This document shows, in pieces, positions 10,950 through 23,010 of a stretch of DNA of 64,000 nt. Below the pieces are notes generated by a model. That model did not search any database. It saw only the letters and a program-made list of their open reading frames with translations, and was not told the origin of the DNA. The translations under genes and the position numbers were made by a program. Position 1 is the first letter of the stretch. Each line of letters starts with the position of its first letter. This DNA is from Heptranchias perlo. Lineage: Eukaryota. The stretch lies in assembly GCF_035084215.1 (NCBI RefSeq), contig NC_090334.1, positions 44,888,001 to 44,952,000 on the forward strand, in the 5' to 3' direction.

Positions 10950-11940
10950 CTTCAATTGGAGCAATTTGTCCTAATCCTGTCACCCTGCACTTTTCTTGTA
11001 TCTTTTATGTTCCTTTTATATTAAAAAAAATCTGCGTCAATAGCCACCTGTGGTACGCCATACAACGTTCCAATAACCGGAGTGGTGGAATAAAAATCTA
11101 ACTTTCCCATTATTTTTCTGGTGATTATCCTGAGTATATGCCCCTTGTTACTGATGTTTCTGCTGGTTAGCAAAAATCTTTTACCAGCTTCTCAAAACCT
11201 TTTCATAATTTTGAAAATGTCTTTGATTCCCCACACTTCACCTTTCTGTCCCAATGAAACAAGCCTTTTCTACAACTCTTAATATCCTTCCAGTAATGAG
11301 GTCTCCAGAACTGTAGGCAGTATGCCTTTGGACTAATCAACATTTTGTACAAATTCAACATCACCTCTCTACTTTTATATTCAATGTCCCTTTATATAAA
11401 ACCAAAATTCTACTTGTCTTTTTATAGTTTTCTGTCTGTGCTTTTTTTATAGTTTTCTGCCTGTGTATATCTAGATCGCTCTCTTGCTCTACACTTAAGA
11501 ATTTTACTGTTTAGGATGTACTTTCACTTTTCCCAAAATGTACTACTTCACATTTCTTTGCATTGAATTACACCCTATCGTGAGGGAACAATAACAAAAA
11601 ACTACTTGTCTTCTGACCTGGAATCTTGCACTTTATTTTTCAGTTTGATATGCCCCCTAATTTGGTAATGGCAAACTTTGGTATCATCCCTCTTGTGCCT
11701 ATGTCCAAATTATTTTCTACAAATGGAAAAGAGGTCCCAGTACAGATGCATAGGGCACACCACTACCCAGTCCTGCCAATTTGAAAAACATTAATTTACC
11801 TCTGCTTTCTGTCCATCGTTACATTCCCTTTAATACCACATGCCTCAATCTTCTCAACAATGAATAATCAAGCACCACCTGCCCATTACAAATCCATGCT
11901 GATCATCTTTGATTAGCCAATGCTAATATAACTATTTATC
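10950..11940 (-). mobile_element. Highly decayed CR1 fragment in GMFB intron 2
   Basis: Remnants resembling other CR1 copies here (ccagaactgtaggcagta, ctttggtatcatc). Confidence 0.5.
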
Positions 11941-13048
11941 AATCATCTCTCTACCCAACCAACCAAACATTTGGGCCTGGGTATTTTTCTCCTTTCAGTA
12001 CTATGAACCTAAGCAAAAGTTCTGAAGCTGTACTTCTAATCATTTTTAGCATGAGAATGGACAGCCATAACCTAGCACCAAGCTATGAAATGGTATATTA
12101 CCAAAAGTACTAAACTACCTTGAAGGTCATTGTGGCTAGTCCATTGTCTTGAGTATGAAAGGCCCTTCCCACAGCAATTAATTGGAGAAGGGAAGCAAAA
12201 AGCTGTAAGGCACCTGTATACAGAAATATAAAGGATCTTGGGTATTTAGATCAGCGATTGTCTGTTGTTTAGAGGCAGTTCCAAGTTTTTTTTTTAAATG
12301 AAGAGGGGTGCTGTGGAACTGCAAACTGGGTAGTGGGTGCACTGTCTAGAAGGATCTCCCTGACTAATATCCATGGGCTGTGCTCAAAAGAGGATTTCTT
12401 TAGTGAAGGATTAGATATTCTGAATTATGTTTTGTTTCCATTGGACATGCTTCAGGAGGGGTGAGCAGCACATAATTGATAAATGCAAACTCTTGAGCAA
12501 AAATATGAACATAACTTGGTAAATGTGAACAGCAAAATGTAAGTTGTGTCCTATTACATCTTGCTTTTCTATTATATTTAGGGGCAACATGTTCTATTTC
12601 TGTGCTGCAGCAGATCTTATTTAAGGGAATAAAACTAATAAGTTAACATATGCAAAACTGCACAGAGTGATTTTAAATTTGGGGCAAATAAACATTTGTA
12701 ATCAAATAAGAAAAGAACCCTATGACTGAAAATTTTAAGCTCAGAAAAAAATCACTGGCATATTTATTCTGTACACTAAAGTGGGAGATGCATTTTGTAC
12801 ACTGAATTAAACAAACACTTGTTTTTGTATCCAAAGTAGCATTTTTAGTTTTCTAGCCCTTATCACGAGAGACTGCAAACTAATTTGGAATATTCTTGAT
12901 GGAGGAATAATAGAAAATAAACTGGTAGTTAATAGTACAATATTTTGATTTCTAATTTCCAATATCTTTCTAGCTTGTCTGAGTTTAAAAGGTGTATGAA
13001 CATATACTTTCCGAGAAAGCACTTTTAACTTAATACTTTATGTCACAG

Positions 13049-13098
13049 TGAAGATTGATCAGGAGCAACATATGGTGATTCTGGATGAAGAGCATGAG
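13049..13098 (+). CDS. GMFB: GMFB exon 3
   Basis: cacag|TG ... GAG|gttagt; (M)KIDQEQHMVILDEEHE; 50 nt. Confidence 0.95.
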
Positions 13099-13523
13099 GT
13101 TAGTCACATCTTTTTAACTTGAACATTTTTAGCCTGGGGAAGAGCTGGAATTTAAAAAAAATTCTTACAACATGTTTAATATTTTAACTTTGGGAAAAAC
13201 TGACCCAAATGTAGATGGTTTCTTGGATCCACAGCAAGTGTGGATCTGTGTGATTACTTTCAGTAAGCAGGATTGCAGTTCTCTTTTATGAATCTGACTG
13301 ATTAAGAGAAGCTATATGAAGACAAGGGCTCTGACCAAGGCTCCATCTGGGACAGGACAGCTCTATCTTAAGATGGGAGAAATCAAGGGCTCTGCTAAAG
13401 ATTAGAGGAAGGAAATTGTGAAATGTGTGTACACAAGCCATCAAAATTGTCTACATATTACAGTAGACCAACATTGCTGATGAAGTGTATATAACTTGAA
13501 CTCTTTGCCTACTGTTAATTTAG

Positions 13524-13573
13524 GATATTTCCCCAGATGAACTCAAGAATGAACTACCTGAACATCAACCCAG
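13524..13573 (+). CDS. GMFB: GMFB exon 4
   Basis: tttag|GAT; DISPDELKNELPEHQP(R); followed by the U12 donor ATATCCTT. Confidence 0.95.
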
Positions 13574-13694
13574 ATATCCTTTTCTTGCTTTTAAGTTTTG
13601 AGAAATCTTACTTATCTAATTTTTTTTTTCAGATCACTTATGCACAAAATAACATTGGAAATCCATATTTTAAATTATTTAAGTGAAATTTTAA

Positions 13695-15270
13695 AAAATT
13701 TGTTCATGGGATGTGGGTGTCGCTGGCAAGGCTAGCATTTATTGCCCATCCCTAATTGCCCTTGAGAAGGTGGTGGTGAGCCGCCTTCTTGAACCGCTGC
13801 AGTCCGTGTGGTGAAGGTTCTCCCACAGTGCTGTTAGGAAGGGAATTCCAGGATTTTGACCCAGCGACGATGAAGGAACGGCGATATATTTCCAAGTCGG
13901 GATGGTGAGTGACTTGGAGGGGAACGTGCAGGTGGTGTTGTTCCCATGTGCCTGCTGCTCTTGTCCTTCTAGGTGGTAGAGGTCGCGGGTTTGGGAGGTG
14001 CTGTCTAAGAAGCCTTGGCGAGTTGCTGCAGTGCATCCTGTGGATGGTACACACTGCAGCCACAGTGCGCCGGTGGTGGATGGGGTGCCAATCAAGCAGG
14101 CTGCTTTTGTCCTGGATGGTGTCGAGCTTCTTGAGTGTTGGAGCTGCATTCATCCAAGCAAGTGGAGAGTATTCCATCACACTCCTGACTTGTGCCTTGT
14201 AGATGGTGGAAAGGCTTTGGGGAGTCAGGAGGTGAGTCACTCGCTGCAGAATACCCAGCCTCTGACCTGCTCTTGTGGCCACAGTATTTATATGGCTGGT
14301 CCAGTTAAGTTTCTGGTCAATGGTGACCTCCAGGATGTTGATGGTGGGGGATTCGGCGATGGTAATGCCATTGAATGTCATGGGGAGGTGGTTAGACCCT
14401 CTCTTGTTGGAGATGGTCATTGCCTGGCACTTTTCTGGCACGAATGTTACTTGCCACTTATGAGCTCAAGCCTGGATGTTGTCCAGGTCTTACTGCATCT
14501 GAGGGGTTGTGAATGGAACTGAACGTTGTGCAATCATCAGCGAACATCTCCATTTCTGACCTTATGATGGAGGGAAGGTCGTTGATGAAGCAGCTGAAGA
14601 TGGTTGGGCCTAGGACACTGCCTTGAGGAACTCCTGCAGCAATGCCCTGGGGCTGAGATGATTGGCCTCCAACAACCACTACCATCTTCCTTTGTGCGAG
14701 GTATGACTCCAGCCACTGGAGAGTTTTCCCCCTGATTCCCATTGACTTCAATTTTACTAGGGCTCCTTGGTGCCACACTCTGTGAAATGCTGCCTTGATG
14801 TCAAGGGCAGTCACTCTCACCTTACCTCTGGAATTCAGCTCATTTGTCCATGTTTGGACCAAGGCTGTAATGAGGTTTGGCGCCGAGTGATCCTGGCGGA
14901 ACCCAAACTGAGCATCGGTGAGCAGGTTATTGGTGAGTAAGTGCCGCTTGATAGCACTGTCGACGACACCTTCCATCACTTTGCTGATGATTGAGAGTAG
15001 ACTGATGGGGTGGTAATTGGCCGGATTGGATTTGTCCTGCTTTTTGTGGACAGGACATACCTGGGCAATTTTCCACATTGTCGGGTAGATGCCAGTGTTG
15101 TAGCTGTACTGGAACAGCTTGTCTAGAGGCGCAGCTAGTTCTGGAGCACAAGTCTTCAGCACGACAGCTGGGATGTTGTCGGGGCCCATAGCCTTTGCTG
15201 TATCCAGTGCACTCAGCCGTTTCTTGATATCACGTGGAGTGAATCGAATTGGCCGAAGACTAGCTTATGT
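13695..15270 (-). mobile_element. 5'-truncated CR1/L2-group LINE (shark HER1-like), RT and 3' end
   Basis: ORFs 14458..15189 and 13752..14441: NYHPISLLS, QFGFR, LDIKAAF, GVPQGSVLGP, FADD, YKAQVRSVMEY. Confidence 0.9.
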
Positions 15271-16164
15271 AATGAAAAAGGTAGATGTTGAATTTGAAGC
15301 AGATGTTCTCTCTGGGTTGGCAGGAAATGTTTGGTAATCATTTGCTACCATATGCCAATTTAAGTTGATTATAATTAACTACTGAGTGGTCCTTTTTTAG
15401 TAGGCTTGTTTAATATGCAATAGTGACACAAACTCTTTCAACTAAATGAACATTAAACTCTCTAGGAATGACTTCTAATGGCCAACCTTTCTGAATCATG
15501 TCATGCATCACAATTGGAATAAAATATTTTTCACTTTACCAGAATTGTATCTAAATGGATGTGTGGGTTTTTAAAATCTTCCCATTTCTTTCTTAAATCA
15601 GGGCTCCTGCTGGGTTTGATTTTTTTTTTAGGCACTAGTAGCCCATCAGCATCTAGCCAGTGTGTTTATTCTTCATGGATGATCAAGGACAGTCAATCGG
15701 CTATTCTACCATGGATTTGGAAGAGACTTTACAGTGCACACTCATAACTTGCTTGTCTGATAGCCATATGTTCTCTTTCCAGCAGGAATCACTAAATACT
15801 AACTAGGAATGACTTTCATGGTGCTTTTCCCCTCTCCACCCTTAAACCTAGTGTCTGAAATTAGCCAATTCATCATGATCAGGGATTGAATTTGGGGCCT
15901 TTCTGGTCTATGTAGTGCGGTACAACACCAACGAGTAATCAAGAGAGCGTACTTATAGAATTTTATGTTAACGACTTTTAAGCATCTAATTAAAAGTAGA
16001 CCTTGTGGTAACACAGGAGGCTTATTAACATAGTTGTTTAACCAAAGAATGCAAAAGGTCACACATTGAAAGGAGAGTCTGTAATTATAGGAATTGTTGC
16101 ACCACTTTAAAAAAAAAATTATGATTATACAGAGATGTACAAAATGTGTGGTTGCCCAGTTCCA

Positions 16165-16300
16165 TCTATTGTCTGCATTGTTAGCTAGACTCAGCTGGGC
16201 AGCGTTGAGGGCACTGCAATTGGCTTCCAGTGTCTCTAGGCCAGGGCTCCCTCGCCTAATTACTATCCTAGGATCTCTGCTGGACCATTGTGGATGAAAT
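16165..16300 (+). mobile_element. LF-SINE-like fragment
   Basis: ttagctagactcagctgggcagcgttgagggcactgcaattggc resembles the LF-SINE core as recalled. Confidence 0.5.
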
Positions 16301-16784
16301 ATCAGGAAGGGTTTCTAAGTTTATCGTGGCTGATTATATGTCATTTTTTTGTAATTCTCTTGCGCTATATATTGAGATGGGCTAGAAATAAAATTGACAG
16401 CTCGATCTACTTTGGGGGGGAAAAAAAAATACAACAGCATACTTGTTTAAAGTTGCAACTTTTCAATGGTTGAGTTCTTTGATTTGTATTTCAATGATTT
16501 AGTATGCTTAAGTTGCTTATTTGAACCGATGAGAAATGTGCAAAACTTGTTTTTATTCCTTTGGACAGGTTCAATGTGTTATCCACACATTTAATGTGTG
16601 ATGCACTATACAGAAGACTTTTTTTCATTTTATAATTACGGATAAGGAAGGCCATTCAGCCCATCTTAAAATAGATGAGGCAGGTTCACCATCACAAATT
16701 TTGTAATGGTTTTCTCAGTGTACCTACAACTGAAGTGTAGGTAATCCAATTTAAAACTGCTGTAGTTTTCTTAACTGTAACCAC

Positions 16785-16867
16785 ATTTGTAGTATATAGC
16801 TACAGATATAAACATACTGATGGAAGGATCTCCTATCCACAATGCTTTATATTCTCTAGTCCTTGTG
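16785..16867 (+). CDS. GMFB: GMFB exon 5
   Basis: ccac|A acceptor (AC) and G|gtaagt donor; [27 protein letters not shown]; 83 nt. Confidence 0.95.
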
Positions 16868-18821
16868 GTAAGTGGTCAATTTCTAAATTCTTTTTCAGTT
16901 TGTCTTTGTGTCAACACGTCACAATTTTTTCTTTTTGTTTCAACAGAATGATGTGTGGGTTTCCTGCCTGCTCTCTTCAAAGTTTAGCTTGTCCAACACT
17001 TTTCCATTTTTTTTCTTGCCTTTTTCATGTAGATTTTTTAAATGAATTTTTGCAAGATTGATTTATAAAGATATCCTTCTGGATAGGTCAATGTTGCTTC
17101 TGAAGATTCCTTTTTTTCCTGTAATGCTTGATGCAAGCATAATATGCCTTGATCTCATGCCATCTTGTAAAGGGTCGTAAATCTCCAATTTAAGAAACTT
17201 ATTCCTTGTTTCTATGACAATCTATTACTAAAGATATTCAGAATTATTCAAAGCAATTTGGGTAGAACATGCTGAAATGCTTATATATTGAAAATTGATA
17301 GAGGTTAGTGTTCTGTGGTGGAGGATGAAAAGACTGCTACAACTGCTAACTAATGTGTACATAAGTAAAATCACGCGCTCTTAACATTAAAGTCATAGCA
17401 ATACCATAGTGTACGCAACTCTTGTGCTGCACTATCTATTGCTGCTCAAATTGCTTTTTTGATATATTGCTCTATGATTCAACAAAAAAAATCAATGCAC
17501 TGTTGGCGTTACCAGGTACATCATACTGCTTTTTCCTAGACTCAGTTCGGGAATTCTGCAGTATGGGGAATCGGTCCTGTGTTCTATCTTGCTGTGGGAT
17601 AGCCTGATAACATTGTAATGCATTGTGTCACTTACCAAACCCTTTTTTTTTAAATACTAAGAAATTAACATAAATCAGCAATTCTGAAGGTTTTTTCTCA
17701 AATGTAATAATCCATTGCTTTTTCTCTTATTCAAACAGAATATATTTGTTTCCTTTTAATTGATTTCTCAATCCTATAGTGACTAGTTGCCATAATATTT
17801 CCTTAATTGAAATTTTTGAGTATATTACTGCTCTTCCACTAGTGAGTTGAAAAGTTAGTGTAAGCACTTGGTGATTTGTTGAATATAAAATGCAGAAGCT
17901 AATCATAGTTACTTTTGACTGCTGCAGCTCTTGCCACTTCAGGAACAGTGAAATGTAACCAGTTAGGATTGAACAATGTTAGATTAATAACCTGAAGTTT
18001 TTCTAGGATTTACTATGTGTTCCAGAAGAAATACTTTTTTTGGAAATTTTACCTATTTATTTTTATTCAGGCAAGTCTGCACCACTGCAAAACATACATG
18101 ATCTACTGAAAGAAAGTTGAATACTTATTTTAGAGTGGTTATTTGCATTAATATCACTAAAGAGCCTGAGTATAGCAAGTGCATAGTTTCTGGGTGTGTA
18201 TCTGGTTGTAATGTTATTGAGTATGATGACCAATGCACAAAAGCTTATCCCATATTACACCACACTGGGATTCAGAAATCAGTAGTTTAATGCTTCTGCT
18301 TTTAGCTGTTGAAATGTCAGTGCAGCAGCTGACACGGCCACATGTTAACACTATTATAGACGATGAAATCAATGGCACCAGCACTGATCTGCACGCTCAC
18401 TATATAGTAACCAAACTTTCTCTTCAGGTTTGAATTATGGAGTGCAATATCTGCTTGGTCTTCATATCCTACAATATTTTTCTTTTTCGAGCAAGTATCT
18501 AATACTGTTTTAAAACAATTCCAGGATTCTGTTTTAACTGGTTTGTGGCAAAAAAACCCTTCCTTTTTGATTCCTTTTTTGATCATCTTTAATCTGTGCC
18601 CTCTTGTAACATCATGCTGACCAGTGGAAACAATCTCTCACTCTTTAAGAATGTGAAGGTTTATATGGTAAAGACTTCTGTAAGAGAGAACTTTCTACGA
18701 CAAATTGCTATCCTGGGTGGAAGTAGGATTGGCTGTGAAGGATTGGGCAAATACAATCTATTCTAATTTAAAGATCAGTTACTTCTAGTTTGTAATGGCT
18801 TTCTGTGGCTTTTGATTTTAG

Positions 18822-18895
18822 GTTGTAAGCCTGAACAGCAGATGATATATGCTGGTAGCAAAATTGGATTGGTGGATATTGCACAATTTACCAAG
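18822..18895 (+). CDS. GMFB: GMFB exon 6
   Basis: tttag|GT ... AAG|gtgag; GCKPEQQMIYAGSKIGLVDIAQFTK; 74 nt. Confidence 0.95.
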
Positions 18896-20847
18896 GTGAG
18901 AGTTTATAATTTTAAGTATCAATTTTTTAACAGAACTTATGTACGTAGCTCTCATTTTTACAAGCTGATAACTATAATCTTCCCATTTTATAATGGTTTC
19001 CACATTTAAAGTGAATATTTGGTAGGTTTGGGATGTAGGAAAGAGACAATTAGGTGGTTTTGGTGAGGGGGTGGGAGGGAATGAAGAGACAATTGGGAGA
19101 AGGTTAAAACAATTCCTCTTTGCTAGAGGAACTATTCTAACAATTTCAGTCTCAGTGCTGTGCTATTGCTAGCAGAATGCAAGCCTTCGTTAGAGTATGA
19201 TGAGAAAGGGGAGAATGACAGCAAGCTGTTTGCATCATTTTTTCCCCTGGGCTATATGTTGTAGAATTGTATGTTTTATTTCTCAATGCTCTGACGTCAA
19301 CTTATTTGCATTTGCAGCATGAAATTTAGTATTTTTCAGCAATGGAACAACAACTGCACATGTGCAGTTATAGTGACTAGCTTTCTGACTGCGGGAGTTC
19401 TCCAATGTTGAAGGCCCATACAGGAAAACAACACAATAGCAGATTAAGAGTTTGGCCTGCCTGAGGCGAGAAAAGCTGCAGCATGTAGTGTGTGTGATGG
19501 CACCTGGTAGCCACCAGAGACATTATCATCTCAGTGTTTATTTTACAGTGCTGTCAAGTGGAGTTGCTGCTAATATAAATTACATTAGTTATTCCTGCAC
19601 GTGGCATCGAATTGTATGCTTTTTATTCCTTCACTAAACTTGGAAACTCAGTGTGTTGCGTAGGTTCCTCCTTTCTGTGTTGAATAAATTACCTTTTTAG
19701 GCTTGCTTGAATGATACTTCAAATGCAAATGACTGGTTACAAAGGATTTCAATTTTTTTTCCCCTCGTGGAGACAGATTCTTGCTGGGTATAATTATTTG
19801 GGTGCCAGCAATCCTCCAGTACCCTGCGCCAGTAAATATTAATGTGAGCTTAAGACATGTGTTGCAAGCAATCTCAGCTGACACAAAACCATTTCAGGTC
19901 CCTTGTCCATGCATGAGCATTTTCCAGGAAGGATCAATGGATAATAATCAGAAGTGGGAACTCCTTGCTGTTTGTTTTTCCCACTTTGTAGCGCATTGAG
20001 GCACTGAGATCAGTTGTGGTTGTCCAACTGCTTCTCTAGCTGAGATCAATTAATTTGGTACAAACTGGAGTGACTTTACCCACTAGCCATGGGGGAACTT
20101 AAGATACCAAGTTACACTCAGTTTATGCTGAATGCACTTGGGAATGGACTCCCCAGAGTGATGTTAGGAGCTGATAATTCAGTAATGATTTTATAATGAT
20201 TACCACCTCAGTCTGTCAGGAGATGTTGAATTTTAGTAGTGTTCCACTCTAAGTTCATCTTTCTCCTATGTCATGCACTCCATAATCAAGACTGCTTTCT
20301 TCCACCTCCTTCAACATTGCCCAACTCTGCACAACCTTTTTTCTTCCATTCCATCATTTAAACCCTAGTCCATGCCTTCCATCACTTTAATATCTCCATG
20401 GCCTTGCCTGACTTTGTCTGTAATTTCTTTCAGTCTTGTCCCCTTCTCTCTAAGATCAGGCTACTACTTGTTCCCTGCACCTTCAGACCATTGTTTAGTT
20501 GCCACTCATTCTGCTGATGCTCTCTGCTGTGTAACTCTTTGCCTAGTTCCTTGTAATCTTTCTCTCTGCTTTTTAAAAGCCTCTTCAAACCCTTGTCTTT
20601 AACCATGCCTTTGCCACCCACCTTTGTTTCCCCTCCTTCTCAGCATCCACTGTTTTTTCCTCCATATAAAGCACTTTGAAATGTATTCCTGCATGTAAAA
20701 AAACTCTATGGAATTGTTTTTCTCTACAATCTGTATCATTTGCAATTGCATATATGGGTGGCCAGAATTGGCCACCCATTCCTGATTTGAACAGTAGTCT
20801 GAGAATGGATTAAACTTGTAATTCCCTTAAACTACAAGTCTATACAC

Positions 20848-21005
20848 CCTGGTGACTCAGTGGGTAAATGAACTGCATGGTATGGTAGTGGATCATAACA
20901 TCCCAAATTTAGTCCATGATCTGTGCTGAATTAGCTAATCTCAGCTTGGTAAGCAGTGGGGTTAGTGAACCTGGCCTTTGCTTCTGTGGGCTTGGAAATA
21001 GAAAA
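20848..21005 (+). mobile_element. LF-SINE-like copy
   Basis: tRNA-like head tggtgactcagtgggtaaa plus core tctgtgctgaattagctaatctcagc. Confidence 0.55.
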
Positions 21006-21225
21006 AAAATTTGTAATTTTCTTTTTTTACACATTGCTTAATGCAAGTCAAGGATGGCTCGCCCATAGGGAAATGTTAGGCTCCAACTCGGTGTTTCCTT
21101 AAGTCTGCAAAGCTGAGAACAGGAGCAATGGTGACATCAGTTTAGAATCTCAAATCACTGCACCATTCTGTCTTTTGAAACAAAACTGCTTTTGTATTCT
21201 TGTGCCTTGTATTACGTTTGCTTTA

Positions 21226-22614
21226 CAGTAGGACCCTGGAATACTGAAACTATTTAATAAGCCCCTTGGCAACCTGAACACTCCCACGACTCATTCTGCA
21301 ACTTAATCTAGTGAGCAACAGGAAATCGATCTGTTGTCGTCTTCTACTCTTGCATAGACTTCTCCATAGGTTACAAGAGGAAGAGATAAAGGTCTGAGAC
21401 AGACTAATGGAGCTTAGGCTTGAAGGATGAATTATGGCAGAAGAGTTGCAGCTGATCATGGTGGCGTAGAGGCGACTATCAAATTGGAAGCAGAACCACT
21501 GCAAAGTAGAAGAAAGATGCTGTACTGTTGCCTCAAAGCATTGGTCCCTGCTGAGAAAGCAAAGCTGAATGAAATATTGTGGTTTACACAACAGAAAAGG
21601 GATATACCCACTAGTGATCCTATCCTAGAAGAGAAAGCACTGGTACCAAATGGATGACCAGGATTCACAGCCAGTTCAGGATGGCTGGATAGATGGGAAA
21701 TGGTGCCTTGATTAGGCAGCTGTCGTCTGACTTCAGCACTGTTTTGTAAAGGAAAAAAACTAAAGAAGGTTAAGGAAATCTATTTCCAGAACAAGTCTAA
21801 TACTGTGTGTTCCGGTAGCATTTTGTAGACTAGGTCCAACAAGATGCTAGCTGCATATGCAGATGTAGCTGGTCAAGATGCAAGCATAGCAAGGACCATC
21901 TTAGTCTTTGTATGCAGCAGCACATTTAAGTTACTGTTAGTGGTCTTCGGGAAACAAGTCAAGCTTCAAGTTCTCAATCTCAACTTCAGCTCACCTGGTC
22001 AGCCCGGTCTAATTCTTGGATAATTGTCAAGTTGTTCAGAATGGACATTTGCGTATCTTTCTCAATCAGCCCCAGCCCCGTGCTAGTGTTGATGTAATCT
22101 ATAGAGCAGGAGGCAGTTGAGGATCTGAGATAGAATGGTCAGCTGCTGTTTTTTGTCTTCACTGGTGGGGAAAGAAGCAAGCTGATGGTAGAAACTGAAA
22201 ACCATCAAAGTGAGTCATCAGCATGGGACAGTATACCTATGGCCACTCTCAGCAATTGCTGATCCAACATGCACAATGGCATCAATGCTGATGAATTGAA
22301 GGCTGCAAACACTTCCAGGCATACACAGGTAGATGAAGAGCACATTCACTTCTGAACAGCTGTTGAAACTGCTGCTAGGATGTGATGGGAAGATGATGCT
22401 ATCAGTCCAAAAGTATTTAGGATACAATCTGCTTTTGTAAAACGATATAGCTGCTGTCCAGGATTTATAAATTGTTTTAATTGTATAATATTTATTTCTA
22501 AATTGTTTAACATGTTTAAACAACCTTGTCCAGTATCTTGCACTGTTGTGAGCCTGAACAGTTAGCATCAACATATGTTCTGGTGGAGGTCATTCAGTAG
22601 TAATTAGGGCACTG
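21226..22614 (+). mobile_element. Decayed Tigger/pogo DNA transposon in GMFB intron 6
   Basis: CENP-B HTH remnants KAKLNEILWFTQQKRDIPTSDPILEEKAL and FTASSGWLDRW; DDE-like FKLLLVVFGK; TA-CAGT left end. Right end uncertain. Confidence 0.7.
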
Positions 22615-22938
22615 ATTATTCTGCAGCTTTCCTCTCCTTCCCCTGCTCCTTAAAAGCCTGGGGACAGTATTCATTGTTGAAGTTTAAAGTACAGTACAAT
22701 TCGAGAGCTTTCTTGAATAAGATTGAAATCTTGATGAGATTTTCCTGAATTGTAGAAATAAATCTAGTCTGTAGGTAAATGGCCAGAAATGTTGTCTTTG
22801 CTCAGTAACTGAAACACCAGTGTGCTATGCTATGGGTTGCCTCATAAAATTAGCATTGATCAAGGATTCATACTAATTTGTTGCACTTTAGAGATGAGTC
22901 ACATGAATTGGTGATTTAAGCATGTATTTTTCTTTCAG

Positions 22939-23010
22939 GTGTTTGAAATTAGAAATACAGAAGACTTGACTGAAGAGTGGCTCTGCAAGAAACTGGGATT
23001 TTTCCGTTAG
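22939..23010 (+). CDS. GMFB: GMFB exon 7 (terminal coding part)
   Basis: ttcag|GTG; VFEIRNTEDLTEEWLCKKLGFFR*. Exons sum to 429 nt = 142 aa + stop. Confidence 0.96.
   Translation: MFEIRNTEDLTEEWLCKKLGFFR

Larger units (their letters stand above)
13574..16784 (+). other. GMFB: U12-type (minor spliceosome) AT-AC intron, GMFB intron 4
   Basis: 5' ATATCCTTT at 13574, branch-point-like TTTCTTAAC at 16767-16775, terminal AC at 16783-16784. Splicing restores the AG|A Arg codon. Confidence 0.93.

Noticed and set aside
13998-14522. 174-aa + strand ORF and similar ORFs at 57275 and 13739
   Set aside because: Antisense or alternative frames of LINE ORF2, repeated in each copy.
17071-17078. Second ATATCCTT U12-like donor (also at about 11282 and 6605)
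   Set aside because: No exon ends there. The motif is common in CR1 sequence and by chance, and exon 5 has a good GT donor.
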